From Felis catus (taxonomy: Eukaryota), in assembly GCF_018350175.1 (NCBI RefSeq), contig NC_058368.1, forward strand, positions 168,084,001 to 168,148,000: a DNA stretch of 64,000 bases. The letters are read 5' to 3'. A model generated the notes under the pieces. The model ran no database searches. It worked only from the letters and a program-made list of their open reading frames with translations, and was not told the DNA's origin. The position numbers were made by a program, and so were the translations under genes. How positions within the stretch are numbered: position 1 is the first letter of the stretch; each line of letters begins with the position of its first letter. Below are positions 13,614 to 25,864 of this stretch, in pieces.

Positions 13614-14121
13614 ATGGACAGTCTCCAACTTACAACAGTTTAACTCATTATTTTTCAACTTTACAATAGTGTAATGATACCCGTTTAGTAGAAACCGTAC
13701 TTCAAATTTAGAATATTGATCTCTTCCCAGGCTAGTGATATGGGATATGACATTCTCTCATGACTCTGGGCGTGGTAGCCACAGCTCCCAGTCAGCCAAG
13801 TGATCACAAGGCTAAACAACCCTTAAGGGCACAAAACTTAAAACCACTCTGCACCACACAGCCATTCTATTTTTCACTTTCAGTATAGTACTCAATGAAT
13901 TACTTGAAGCATTCAACACTTTATTATAAAATACGTTTTTTGTTAGATGATTTTGCCCAACTGTAGGCTAATGTGAATGTTCTGAGCACGTTTAAGGCAG
14001 GCTAAGCTAAGCTATGATGTTCAGCAGGTTAGGTGTATTAAATGCATTTTCAATATAATATAAATTTACCTTAAGATGAGTTTATCAGGACATAACTCCA
14101 CTGTAAGTCAAGAAAGATCTA
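13614..14121 (-). mobile_element. MER47/Tigger5-family DNA transposon fossil
   Basis: ttagatgattttgcccaactgtaggctaatgt...gctaagctatgatgttc...ggttaggtgtattaaatgcatttt matches the MER47/Tigger5 consensus. Degenerate terminal inverted repeats (caacttac / gtaagtc). Confidence 0.85.
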
Positions 14122-14124
14122 TAT

Positions 14125-15030
14125 TAGAAGTCACACAAATGCAAATAACTCAGCAGCTAAAATTAAACTACGTAAAAAGAAAGCCAATCAGCTATATTAA
14201 TATCAGACAAAAGATACCTGACGTTAAAAGCATTAAAAGAGAAAAAGAGCATCATGATAGAATAATAAAACATTCTCTTCAACAGAAATATACCGACATT
14301 CTAAACTTGTAAGACTCTAGTAACAAAGCCCAAAGGAAAAAGAGTTACATAGCAATAGGTAAGAAGCAAAACTGCCATCATTTATAAATGTTGTGACTGT
14401 CTATGTAGAAAACACCAAAGAATCTAACAGATAAGATAATAAGAGAGGACAGTAAAGTTGCTGAATATAAAAATCAACAGTAAAAAGTCCACTGTATTTC
14501 TATATACCTGTAAGAGTTACAAAACTTTTTTAAAAATACCATTTACAGCAGCAATATCATATCTAGGAATAATTAACAAACTATGTACCAGTTCTTGATG
14601 CAGAACATTATAAAATCTTATTGTAGGACATTAGAAGAGAACTAAATAAATTGAAAAGCATGCTATCTAATCCAGAAAATGCAAATTAAACTACAATGAG
14701 ATTTCTTTTTAAACTTTACTAGTTCAAGCAATAATTAAGAAGTTGGTTTCACAAGCATTTGTGAGAATATGGGGCAAAGGGACCCTCATCTACTGCTGCT
14801 TTGAGTGTAAAATTATTCAACCACTTTGAAAAACAGTTTGGCATCCCATTGGGAAAAGGCACAATCCCACAATTCTTGAGGTATATGACCTCAAGAAACT
14901 TTTGCATATGTGCTTCAGAGACATGCATGAGAACATTCACATGAGCAACATTGCTCATAAGACCCAAAAATTGGAAACTATCCAAATACACAAAATAAAA
15001 TAGATAAATTAAGTGCACCCACAGATTAGA
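14125..15030 (+). mobile_element. Ancient L1M ORF2 fragments, heavily deleted
   Basis: gtctatgtagaaaacaccaaagaatct, gaaaatgcaaattaaactacaatgagat and ccactttgaaaaacagtttggca. Confidence 0.8.
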
Positions 15031-15179
15031 GATTATTATCTCAGGGAGTTTTCGAAGGGCACAAAACATCAAGTAATTTCAACCTCTACATCAACATATA
15101 TAATTCTGAGAGCTGCCATCAAGCGGCAGTTGATGCTATAGGTTCTGGAGAAAATATAGAATAGGGTCACAAAGATATC

Positions 15180-15395
15180 ATTATTATTATTATTATCTAT
15201 GAAGTGCTAACTGTGAGTCAGTCACTGTGCTATGTTAGGACATTATCGCTCCTCATGACTCATAAGCGAAGAGGGAGTTTCTCACTTTGCTCATGATAAA
15301 ACCAAGATTCAGGTCACTTTGTCAAGGTTACATAGTATATGGCAAATGATAGGGTTCTACTTATGTGACTTCAAAGCCTGTTCTCTTACCACCAT
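15180..15395 (-). mobile_element. MIR
   Basis: agtgctaactgtgagtcagtcactgtgcta...actttgtcaaggttacatag. Confidence 0.6.
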
Positions 15396-16171
15396 TGTTT
15401 TGTGGCATGTACCACGGTGCAGCTTGTAGGATAACCATGATTTGCAAACATTCCATATCTCATTCAACAACCTATAAATTCGAAGGGTAGGATTCACTGT
15501 CCTTATAGCCTTCAAAATAAACATTCAATTTAAAAATACCTGAATTATGTATGGAGTAAACATTTAAATTTCTCTACCCTTTTCACACACATGATCTCGT
15601 TTAAACCTTGCAACAATTTCTCTGAGGAGGTACACAGAAGACATACTGACTGCTGAGTTGGAAGGTCTAGGCTCAGAATGAACCATGCCACCACCATGCT
15701 CAACCTACTTTGGCCTTAGGGCAAGTCATTTAATGATGTACATTCCACAGGCTTTAATGGAGAAGGAGGAGACTTTTATTAACTGAAATAGAACAACTAA
15801 ATAAGTGAACGTGAATAATCGTCACATATAAACATTAAGAGAAATTGTCATCTGAGGTACGTCATAGCTACAAATTTTTTCCACTTTTTTAGTGTGTCAA
15901 GCATGTGTGAAGCATAAAGGAGCTGGGAGCTGGTTCTAACTTCATTTCCTACCCTTGGCACATGAGTCTCTGGATAGTCGGTGCCAGGGGCAGCCGCTTT
16001 GTATTCCAAATACCATCCCCCAGGGTTACCAACAGATGCTAACCACAGTCCATACTCTTGGTACTTTCAGTTAGTCACAGGCATTTCTTCTCATACTAAA
16101 GTCCAAGTTAATTATCAATTAATTTATTATAATTAGAAAAAAGCCCTAACTTCAAAATATCCCATATTCTT

Positions 16172-16389
16172 GACACCTGGGTGGCTCAGTCGGTTAAGCG
16201 TAGGACTGTGGCATAGGTCACGATTGTAGGGTTCGTGAGTTTGAGCCCCATGTCGGGCTCTGTGCTGAAGACAGCTCAGAGCCTGGAGGTTGTTTTGGAT
16301 TCTGTCTCCCTCTCTCTCTGCCCCTTCCCCACTCGTACTCTGTGTCTCTTTCTCTCAAAAATAAACAAACATTAAAAAAAAATCTTTTT
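16172..16389 (+). mobile_element. Can-SINE
   Basis: SINE head, CT tract and tail. TSD aaatatcccatattct on both sides. Confidence 0.95.
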
Positions 16390-16589
16390 AAATATCCCAT
16401 ATTCTCTAAGTGTTTTTTCATGTACCATATGACTTGTGTTTTAAAAACAATCCTCATTACTTTGATTATTTTTCCACCCCTAACTCCAAGGCATACAGTC
16501 CAATGCAGGGAACTCGTGGGAGATTTCCCCTTAAATTTTAATCCTGTATTAATTAGGGATTTGAAGCTTACTTGTTTGATTTTGGCTTT

Positions 16590-17590
16590 TACTTTTGAAA
16601 ATTTGCAAACATGCTGAAAAGACGAAAGAAGAAAATGTATACCTATAAAACTTTCACCTAGATTTATCAATTGTTAACATGTCACCAAATTTGCTCTATT
16701 GCTCTCTCAAAATATATATTTTTTCCTTTGCAGAATCATTTAAAGTAAATTTCAAATACTAAAACATTTTATCTATAAATACTTTATCTATAAATACTAT
16801 AAACATATCTCCTTAGAACCAGGACTTTCTCCTATTAAATAACAGTATCTTCTCACACTCAAGAAATTTAACTTTGATACAATCATGTTTCTCTAATACA
16901 GTCTACCTCCATTTGTCCCAATCACGTTCTTTTTTTTATTTATTTTTATTTTTTTAACGTTTATTTATTTTTGAGACAGAGAGAGACAGAGCATGAATGG
17001 GGGAGGGACAGAGAGAGGGAGACACAGAATCGGAAGCAGGCTCCAGGCTCTGAGCCATCAGCCCAGAGCTCGACGCGGGGCTCGAACTCACGGACCGTGA
17101 GATCGTGACCTGAGCTGAAGTCGGACGCTCAACCGACTGAGCCACCCAGGCGCCCCGTCCCACTCATGTTCTTAACAAAAGTTTTTTTCAATCCGGGATC
17201 AAATGATGGATTATTCATTACATTTAATTGTCATGTTTCTTTAACTTTTACTCTTGCCTTTCATTAAGCTACATTTTTAGGGAGTCCATGTCAATTGTTT
17301 TCTGGATGTCCTGTAATCTCAATTTGTCTTACTACTTTGTGATTAAATTCAGATTAAGCATTTTTGGCAAGATATACTGTACTTCCCAAAGGATCCCAAA
17401 TGAAGGTACATAATGCCATTTTCTCCACTATTGGCGGTAATGATTGATCACTCGATTAAAGTAGAGTCTGCTGGATTTTACCATTGTAAAGGTACATTTG
17501 CCCTTCACAATAATTTACCCTTCACAATTAGTAATTATAAAACTATTTTTCCCCAACAATTTTCCATACAATGACTTTCGCATCACTGAT
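16590..17590 (-). mobile_element. Old L1M (L1MC/ME-like) 3' UTR interrupted by a SINE
   Basis: tttgaaaatttgcaaacat...caattgttaacat...; gattaaattcagattaagcatttttggcaaga; ccattgtaaaggtac. Confidence 0.65.
16931..17156 (-). mobile_element. Young SINEC_Fc
   Basis: Near-consensus. TSD gtcccaatcacgttctt / gtcccactcatgttctt. Confidence 0.97.
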
Positions 17591-20399
17591 GAATATGACA
17601 ACCTTAATTTTCACATGGGCCCCTCATTCCTTATGTTGCTATATTAACCAATCTGTCCTCAGAATGCCTGCTTAAGTAACACACCATAAGGTCCTTTTGT
17701 GAGGCCTATAGTTTTAGCGTAATGGTCTGCTAAAGCCCTCAGTATAAAGAGCCCCTCCCTTTTCTCCCCTTTCTAAATCTTATGAAATTTCTTTTAATAA
17801 GAGCTTCAAATATAGTATTTTACACAGTAGTTGTCTCATCGCTCATACTGAACAAACTCTAGTCTATTTGCTGGCCTTACCTTCTATAAAAAGAAAAAAA
17901 AATCATCCATACACAAGCAGAACTAAACTAAACCCATCAAACTTGAGCCCGTCTGTCTCATTGGTTAATAAAGAAAATTCTCTTTGCTTCACAAAATTAC
18001 AGGACAATCTGTCAATCAAGCTCTTAGCTTGTCTCCTAAAAGACTTGTACCAGGCTGTCTGTCATATCTCTAGTGTTCTGTATTTGCTATGGATCTTACT
18101 TTATCAGCTCTAATGAATCAAGCTACACAGGAAGGTGAAATAAGGTTTCTATCAAAATCTTAATTCCCAAATCAGAAGTCAAGAGGGCAAGCACAGGAAG
18201 AGCATAGCCATCTGTAGACGCCTACAAGAAACTTTGACAAGACATACAATTACAATAGTAGAACTTTTTCAGAAAGTAACTGTGACCTAGGCTCAAATGT
18301 TACCCATAAAAATCAAAACTGAGCTTTCCATTATGCAAAATGGAAAAGCAATTTTAATAAAGACACCTATTTTTCCACTTGATATTTTTTCCTCTAGAAA
18401 AACCTGCAGACTTTTTAAGTAAGTAATCTAGGGATGAACAATGTGCATTGACACCTCCAATAATGAACACCGATATGCTCCAATGACATTCTTTACTCTC
18501 ATGAACTTTAATACCAAAGATAAAAAAAAAAAAGTTTGATTTAAATTATGCATTCTCCCACAAGGGAGCTTAACTGACCAGCAGAAACCACAGTGAGCAA
18601 GGAACTCTAGTCTGAACTTTGCTACTGTGATCATTTCTTCCTCTATGAAAAAGAGGATTAGATTTGATGAGTTCTAAAGATGTTATTTTCAGAGTCATCT
18701 ATGCGCCTAAATGTATTGCTAACATATAAAAATATAAGCTGATACTCAAATAAAATAACCCCTTGCATTCCCCCCAAAAGATTTAACCAGAAGCACAAGA
18801 TTTAAAGAGGCACTGAAAATACTCAGTAATCAAGATAATTAATAGTTTAGTACAATATTTTTTAAAAATAAAAATAATGCAAAAATCCATGATAAACAAA
18901 ATACCAAAATGTTAATAAACAAAGACAGGTCGTTGTTTGTTTGATGACCCTGAATTACTGTATAACAGGAACAGATATTTACCATCAGCAATACGGATCT
19001 AAATAAGAAATTTCTATTTTACTATTGTGAAACTACTATTCAACAAATAGGCAGCATTGTGACACAAGGCACTGAACTGAATTTACATACAATTTTAGCA
19101 CCAACTAGGTGACTAACACTGATAAATTACTTCTGTGTAACTTCACTATTTCCACTCAATATTTTAATATTATTTGCCCTACATACCTTACAGAGTGGAC
19201 AGGCTCAAGAAACTTAATATTTCTGAAAATGCCTTATGGGGCATAAGCATTAGAGAAATAAGATTTTAAGATAAAGCATTGTTTCATTGTGGAAGCCAAC
19301 ATCTTTCCAATCTAACAGGCGGTAACCCCACCATTCAATGGAATAGCACTTGGTCCAGGGACTGTGACATCTGTGACTAAGAGTTGGATAATTTCACTGA
19401 AAAAATATCAAGGACTAGCTTGCTGTCTTGAAAACAAAGTTTTATCCTCTGAGTAAAGGGTAAAATTCACAAGAACACTCACTTTCACTGTTGTCAGGAC
19501 TGCTGACAGAGGATCAATTATTATGTAAAAATATGTTTAAAATTGTTTTTTAAAGTCCAAAATGCTCAAACAACTTTGACACTGAGGTCCATGTGTATTA
19601 CCTTGGTGTCCATGGCTCAGTCAACTTGCAAAAGTTTCCCTTGCAGGCAGTACTTTCTTCCCCGGGCTGTGTAGGGACTTCAACACATTCCAAAGACCCA
19701 CTTGTCAAATCTGCTAACTGGACAGTCAGGTGAATGTCAGCATGATGTCAGTAGCAAGGGGCGAATTTGACTATGTTCCATGCACCACCAAACACCCAAG
19801 GTGTGAACACTTGATTTGGAAGACAAGATTAACTTCAAAAGGGAAGGGTGGAAGACAGACAAGAGAAAGGGAAAATATAGAACTAGAGATAGGTAAACTC
19901 AAGAGAGGAAAAAAAAAATGGTGTGAAAAGGATTACAGATCATCTCAAAGATGAAATGAAAGAAATGGGGGTGAGTGGGAAGGAGACATGACAAAAGAGA
20001 CCAAAGAGTGATGTGGAAGAACATGAATAAAAGGGGTATAAAGGGGAAACCTGGAGATTTGCCCAGCCATTAGCCCTGAAGAGACCTGCCTAAAGAAATC
20101 AGGCAGGACCATAATGTTCCCAGACTGCTCTGAAAGAAGACAAAACTAGAGTCAAGAAACTACTACTACAGGATTATAAATAAAGAGACTACCTTTTGTA
20201 AAAAATGGGGCACTGATTAAAACTTAATTTTAATTTTAAAGAAGCAACTTATATATAGTTCTGGTTAGTTGTGTACAGCCTTATCCACCATAGACTATTA
20301 AAATTTAGGATGAATATTTGCTATAATCCTGTTAAGGTTTTTTTGTTTGTTTTGGGGTTTTTTTTTTTTTGCTTCTCATGACTTCTATCAAAATAAGCA

Positions 20400-20552
20400 T
20401 CATATCATACTATAGCTGTTGATTCATAAATCTGCCTTTCTACTTATTGACACCTGTGAGCAACTTAACACAAGAAATCACATTATTTATTTACCTTTTT
20501 GTGCCCAGCACTTAGCACAGTGTTAGAATAAATGCCTAATAGGTGCTCAGTA
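20400..20552 (+). mobile_element. L2 3' end
   Basis: gcccagcacttagcacagtg...taggtgctcagta. Confidence 0.6.
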
Positions 20553-20622
20553 TGTATGTGTATGTATGGGGCATAAGCATTAGAAAAATAAGATTTTAAG
20601 ATAGAGCATTGTTTTTTGTGGA

Positions 20623-20623
<1 letters not shown>

Positions 20624-20681
<58 letters not shown>
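20624..20681. repeat. (TA)n(GA)n compound microsatellite
   Basis: Direct read. Confidence 0.95.
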
Positions 20682-21849
20682 GTTCTTGAGTTCTTAAAAT
20701 TAACTGAGAGGACAAAATCCTCTATGGAATATAAAATGTAAATATATTCAACCTAGAAACAAAATCTGTGTACTTGATATCAATAAATAATTTCCAGAGA
20801 CACGTACATTAATGTTGTCCTAGCTACAAAATCCTATTTGTATATCCTAGATATACTATATTGAAGTATAAAAAAGAATAGATGTTTTTTTCACAACTTA
20901 AGGATTCAAAAATTTCTAGAGTACAGAAAGTATCAAAGCTTGCTGATATTTTACCATCTTACTCTAAATCAACCTCTATTGTTTATTTTTACTTACTTAG
21001 AGAAATTATAAATGTGTTGTTATAAAAGCACTTGATATCAAGTTTTCAACAATTTTCATACAGACAAGTTTTAGGAATCATTTTATGATTCTGTCTAAAT
21101 GAAGTTTTTCTTAAAGTATACATCTAGCTTTACATGTCAAATAAGAAACAAAAACAAAAATAATAGTAGGAATTATACTCCTGCTCTATTCTGAAGTTCC
21201 AAGAATAATAATTTGATTCTAATATACAAGTTAGCTCTTATGCATGACAGACACCAAAAAATAAGGAAATTAAAATAGTGAGGATCAGTATTAGTTTACA
21301 AAGGGCTAAATTTAAAATCTCTTAAGTTACATACTTTTATTTTTAATCATTCTTGAAATGATCAAATAAAAAACAAGAGTTTTTTTATTCAAATAAAAAA
21401 ACAAGAGTTTCAGTAATTTACTTTATATAATGAATTAAAACACAGAGTTAGATCTAGCTGTTAGATATGCAAACATCCACCATCTGATAATATGCATCGT
21501 GTAGTATTTGATTTTTCACTTCATGCACTCCTGTGAATGGCACTGAACAAAGTAGAAAAAAATAGTAAGCTAAGGACAACATAGAAATGTGAAATAACTG
21601 GGTAAGTTTTTTAAAATAAACAAATGGAAGGGGGAATGATTTTTTTCCAAAATTCTTTTCCATTCCAAATAATTCATTTTGCTGTGCAACAGAGTTATTA
21701 AAATACATTCTGTCAACAAATATTCTACAACTCTAAGTCACTAGGAAAGTATGTTTTAGGAAGATCTAGTCAGGGAAATAGCCCAAGTATCTCTTACAGG
21801 AAGGTTCTTTTTTTAAAAGAGAAAATGTAACAAAACTCAATCCAACACT

Positions 21850-22103
21850 ATTTTATCTTATCTTATTTTATTTTATTTTAAAGTTTACTTATTTATTTTG
21901 AGGGAGGGAGGGAGGGAGGAAGGGCGAGAGAGAGAGAGAGAAACAGGAGAGGGGCAGAGAAAGAGGGAGAGAGAGAATCCCAAGCAGGCTCTGCAGTGTC
22001 AGTAAGGAGCCCAATGCAGGGTTTGAACTCAGAAACATGAGATCATGACGTGAGCTGAAACCAAGAGTCAGACACTTAACTGACTGAGCCACCCAGGCAC
22101 CCC
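21850..22103 (-). mobile_element. Can-SINE
   Basis: (tttta)n tail, GA tract, actgagccacccaggcacccc. Confidence 0.95.
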
Positions 22104-22716
22104 AACCCTTTTTTATTTTAAAGATCATGTTTATTGTGCTCTATGGAGTTTTAGGAACAGTCTATAAAGACTCAATAACCAGTGAATTCAACCTTGATCT
22201 TTCTTAAAACAACTTTTAATGTACTCAACCATGACATATTCAGATTAGGAAGTTCAAGACAATAGCATCTGAAATCTAAAACTAGAAAAGAAGGCCTTGA
22301 TAAGTTTACTCAGCCTTACATTTTCTCTTGAGGATAGAAGACACTAGAACAGGCAAATACAGCAATGGGAAGCTTCAAAGGCCCAAAGGTACAGCTTGAA
22401 CCCTACTCAAAAAAGAAAAGGGAACCAAAGTAATAGGTTCCTATAACGTAAATAGTGGTATTTCAATCAGCAATCCATCTTTTGGATTTACAAAGGACTC
22501 AGAGAATAAAGATCAAAATGTGCTTGCCCTAATATCACAAACACCCTGAATACAGAAATCTACTCTAGAATATCAAGTGGTAGGTATGTTCTTATGTCCC
22601 TCACAAGTCTAAGCTGGACAAACTCAACTTTCCCACCCCCTTTTTCATTGTTCCAAACACTATGCAATTTGATTTAAAAAAACTACTGAAGTAAAAGGAT
22701 TACTTAGGAAGACAAC

Positions 22717-22776
22717 CTTTCCAATTTGTATAAATCTTTCCAATTTGTATAAAACCTGTCCAATTTGTATAAATCT
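22717..22776. repeat. Three-copy tandem repeat of about 19-20 bp (tccaatttgtataaa core)
   Basis: Direct read. Confidence 0.9.
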
Positions 22777-23774
22777 GGTGAAATGTGACACATCCTACAT
22801 AGCATATAAAGATATATTGAGAAGTATTTTCAGACTTTTCATAAGGGGTGAAATTAACACTAATATTTCATTTTCTATTATATTTTCTTAACTTGTACTA
22901 AATCCATGACGTCTTGTTAAAAATCCATAAATACTACATGAAGATATAAAAGTGAAAAGAGCAATGATAAATCAACTTAGATCCCAGAAATATTTTCTCA
23001 TTAGGATAGTAAAAGTTTATACATTTTCCTCATATATAAAATAAAACACAACCACAATGAGAATTTTAGTTAAATAGTATATCCCTGAAACAGTCACTGA
23101 AAAAAAGTAAGAACACCTAAATCTCAACAGATTATTTTACTTTTGTCCAATACCTAAAAATAAAAGAATCAACCAGTGACTTGGAGTGCCTATTTCTACT
23201 CATTATGGTGACCGGGTTTTACAAAATCCAGATCCTAAAATCTATGAGTGAAAGGATGCACAATTAATACAAGTTGCTTGCAATAATCTCTTCTCGGCAG
23301 TACCAAAGGCCTTTAATAGGGTGAGTGTACTATAATACCAAGATTAGATTTATATATCCTAGAAAATGGGTTACACGCTGATGAACAGCATTAAATTGAC
23401 ATAATGGCTCTTAGTGGTTATAAATGCAGCTTTTTTCCTACTTTAATTGGCAATGACTACACTGACCTTTTCTCTATAATTGTAACTACAGTACAGTAAT
23501 TAGACAAACCACTACTTACTTCTGAAATAAAGAGTAGAGGAAGAAAGCTCTCAGTCACTAGCTTTGAGGATGCAGAGTAAAAATGGGATTGGCATTCTAC
23601 TGGGGGAAAAATGAGTTATCAATAAGAAAAGGGTTTTCACAAATTATATTCTATGTTTAGTTTAACATCTAAATTAAGGACAAAAATCCCAGAGGAAAAG
23701 TCCTTTTCATATACATAGAGGCAATCCCCCTACCGAGGGCAAAAACTAGTACCGGAAACAAGTTTGAATGATAA

Positions 23775-23872
23775 GGGGTGTTTGGTTGGCCCAATCAGTA
23801 GAGCATGTGACTCTTGACCTCAGAATCCTGAGTTTGAGCTTCATGGTTTAAAAAAAAAAAAAAAAAAAAAAA
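23775..23872 (+). mobile_element. Short diverged Can-SINE
   Basis: ggggtgtttggttggcccaatcagtagagcatgtgactcttgacctcag followed by poly-A. Confidence 0.8.
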
Positions 23873-24341
23873 GTAAAAACAAAAAGAAAAAAGTCAGAAA
23901 CCTGAATTAAGGATATTATTTGAGACAGTTGGAAGAAGGGTAGGAGTGGAAAAGTTTAGTCCCAGTGATCTAAAAATAATAATGATAAAAATCCCTAATT
24001 GTGGTCCAGGAAGGCATGCCTTCCTTGGGCCTACTTGATTCCACAGGAAGGTAAGAACCTTGACTGGGGCCCTGGAGAGAAGTCAGCTGCCAGTCATACC
24101 AGAGGACTCATGACTCAGGCTGTGAAGCAAGCAGTATCCCCTACCTGAAAGCAACCACCCTTTTCTCCACCCTGTTTCTGGGCCTCCAGAAAAGGTCAGC
24201 CAGCCCTCAACCCTTCAAGCCTCTACAGTGGGAAACATGAGGTCCCTGGAGGAAAAATGCCAGATGTCTTTTTCATCAGCCAAGATTGTGCTTCAGTGAT
24301 CACCTGTGTGAGAGACCCTGGGGAGAAAATCATGGTGTGTT

Positions 24342-24375
<34 letters not shown>

Positions 24376-24949
24376 AATGCAAGCCAACCAGTGGGTCAGT
24401 TCTTGCTGCAAGTGGCTAGCCGCTGGCATCTCAAGGCTTCCACACAAGCCAGACTCTTCCCTACCAGCTGTGGTAGCTGGCAAGTAATCACACCACTGGG
24501 CAATGATGAACCAACTCAAGACTCAGGACTACTTTCCCATTAGGACAGTAAAAACTTACTCATTTTCTCTACATGTAAAAAGAAATACAGTTGGAATAGG
24601 AATTTTAAACAGTATATCCCTATGTGTCACTGAAAATAAGTTAGAAAATCTACATGAGAGCCAGGTACCGTCTTTTGTCAGCTAGAATAATGAAATTTGG
24701 CATATGAAAGGCAGTTTATTGAAGTCACTGTACAATATTTGAAAATCCAGGTGATAGGAAAGTGCAGTGTATAGAAATTAAAAACTATCCACACATGCAA
24801 ATTGGAGACCATTAATTTTGCCAATTATAGGAATAGCAAACAAGGCTTCAGAGTGTGCTCAGCAGAGTTAAAAGGAGTAGACATGATGAAAATGAAAAGT
24901 AACAGAAGTATTATACAATTATCCAGAAATCCCTTGACTATATCAGAGG

Positions 24950-25075
24950 CAAGGATTACTAAACTATAAACTCTGTGAAGGCAGGAACACAAATGGTTCT
25001 GCTCACTGCCCTATCCTAAATGCCTAGTCCTGGCAGGTGCTCAACAAATAGCTGATAAATGAATAAATGAAGAAT
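24950..25075 (+). mobile_element. L2 3' end
   Basis: ctaaactataaactctgtgaaggcagg...caggtgctcaacaaatagctgataaatgaataaatga. Confidence 0.75.
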
Positions 25076-25199
25076 AAGTGATATCATACAGTAATTTTCC
25101 CTTACATACTCTTGGATTACACAAGTAATTACTTCTTATAATGCTTTTCAAACACAAAGCAGACACATGTGAAGAATGCTTCTCAAAAGAATTCACTTG

Positions 25200-25432
25200 G
25201 GATAGAATGCTGTATTCTACCTGTGCGACACTGGACAACTTAATCTCTTGTGCCTTGGTTCACTCACTTGAAAAACGGCAATAATGGGGCACCTTGGTGG
25301 CCCGGTCAGTTAAGCTTCTGACTCTTGATTTCGGCTCAGGTCATGATCCCAGGCTCCACGCTAAGCATGGAGTCTGCTTAAGATTCTTCCCCCACTCCCC
25401 CGCCCTCTGGCTCCCCTGCTCACTTGTGCACG

Positions 25433-25463
<31 letters not shown>

Positions 25464-25590
25464 AAAAAAAAAAAAAAAGGCAATAATAACAATATCAACC
25501 TGACAGACAGCATTATTAGGGGTTTAATACACAGAAAGTAGTTAGAACAATGACAAAGTAAGCATTAGTGGTTTCTGCTGTTATTTTGTA
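25200..25590 (+). mobile_element. MIR interrupted by a SINE
   Basis: ggacaacttaatctcttgtgccttggttcactcacttgaaaaacgg...ataataacaatatcaacc. Confidence 0.65.
25286..25478 (+). mobile_element. Can-SINE
   Basis: SINE head, CT tract, poly-A. TSD aaaacggcaataat / aaaaggcaataat. Confidence 0.92.
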
Positions 25591-25635
25591 ATAATGTCCA
25601 AGGATGTTTTTAAAAACCCTGTGGCTAGTCACTGG

Positions 25636-25864
25636 TTTTTGTTTTTTTTTGTTTTTTTTTTTTTTAACATTTATTTTTGAGACAGAAAGAGAGAGAGCAT
25701 GAACAGGGGAGGGTCAGAGAAAGAGGGAGACACAGAATCTGAAACAGGCTCCAGGCTCTGAGCTGTCAGCACAGAGCCCAACGCGGGGCTCGAACCCACG
25801 GACCGCGAGATCATGACCTGAGCCGAAGTCGGACGCTTAACCGACTGAGCCACCCAGGCGCCCC
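25636..25864 (-). mobile_element. Young SINEC_Fc
   Basis: Perfect TSD agtcactggtttt. Confidence 0.97.
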
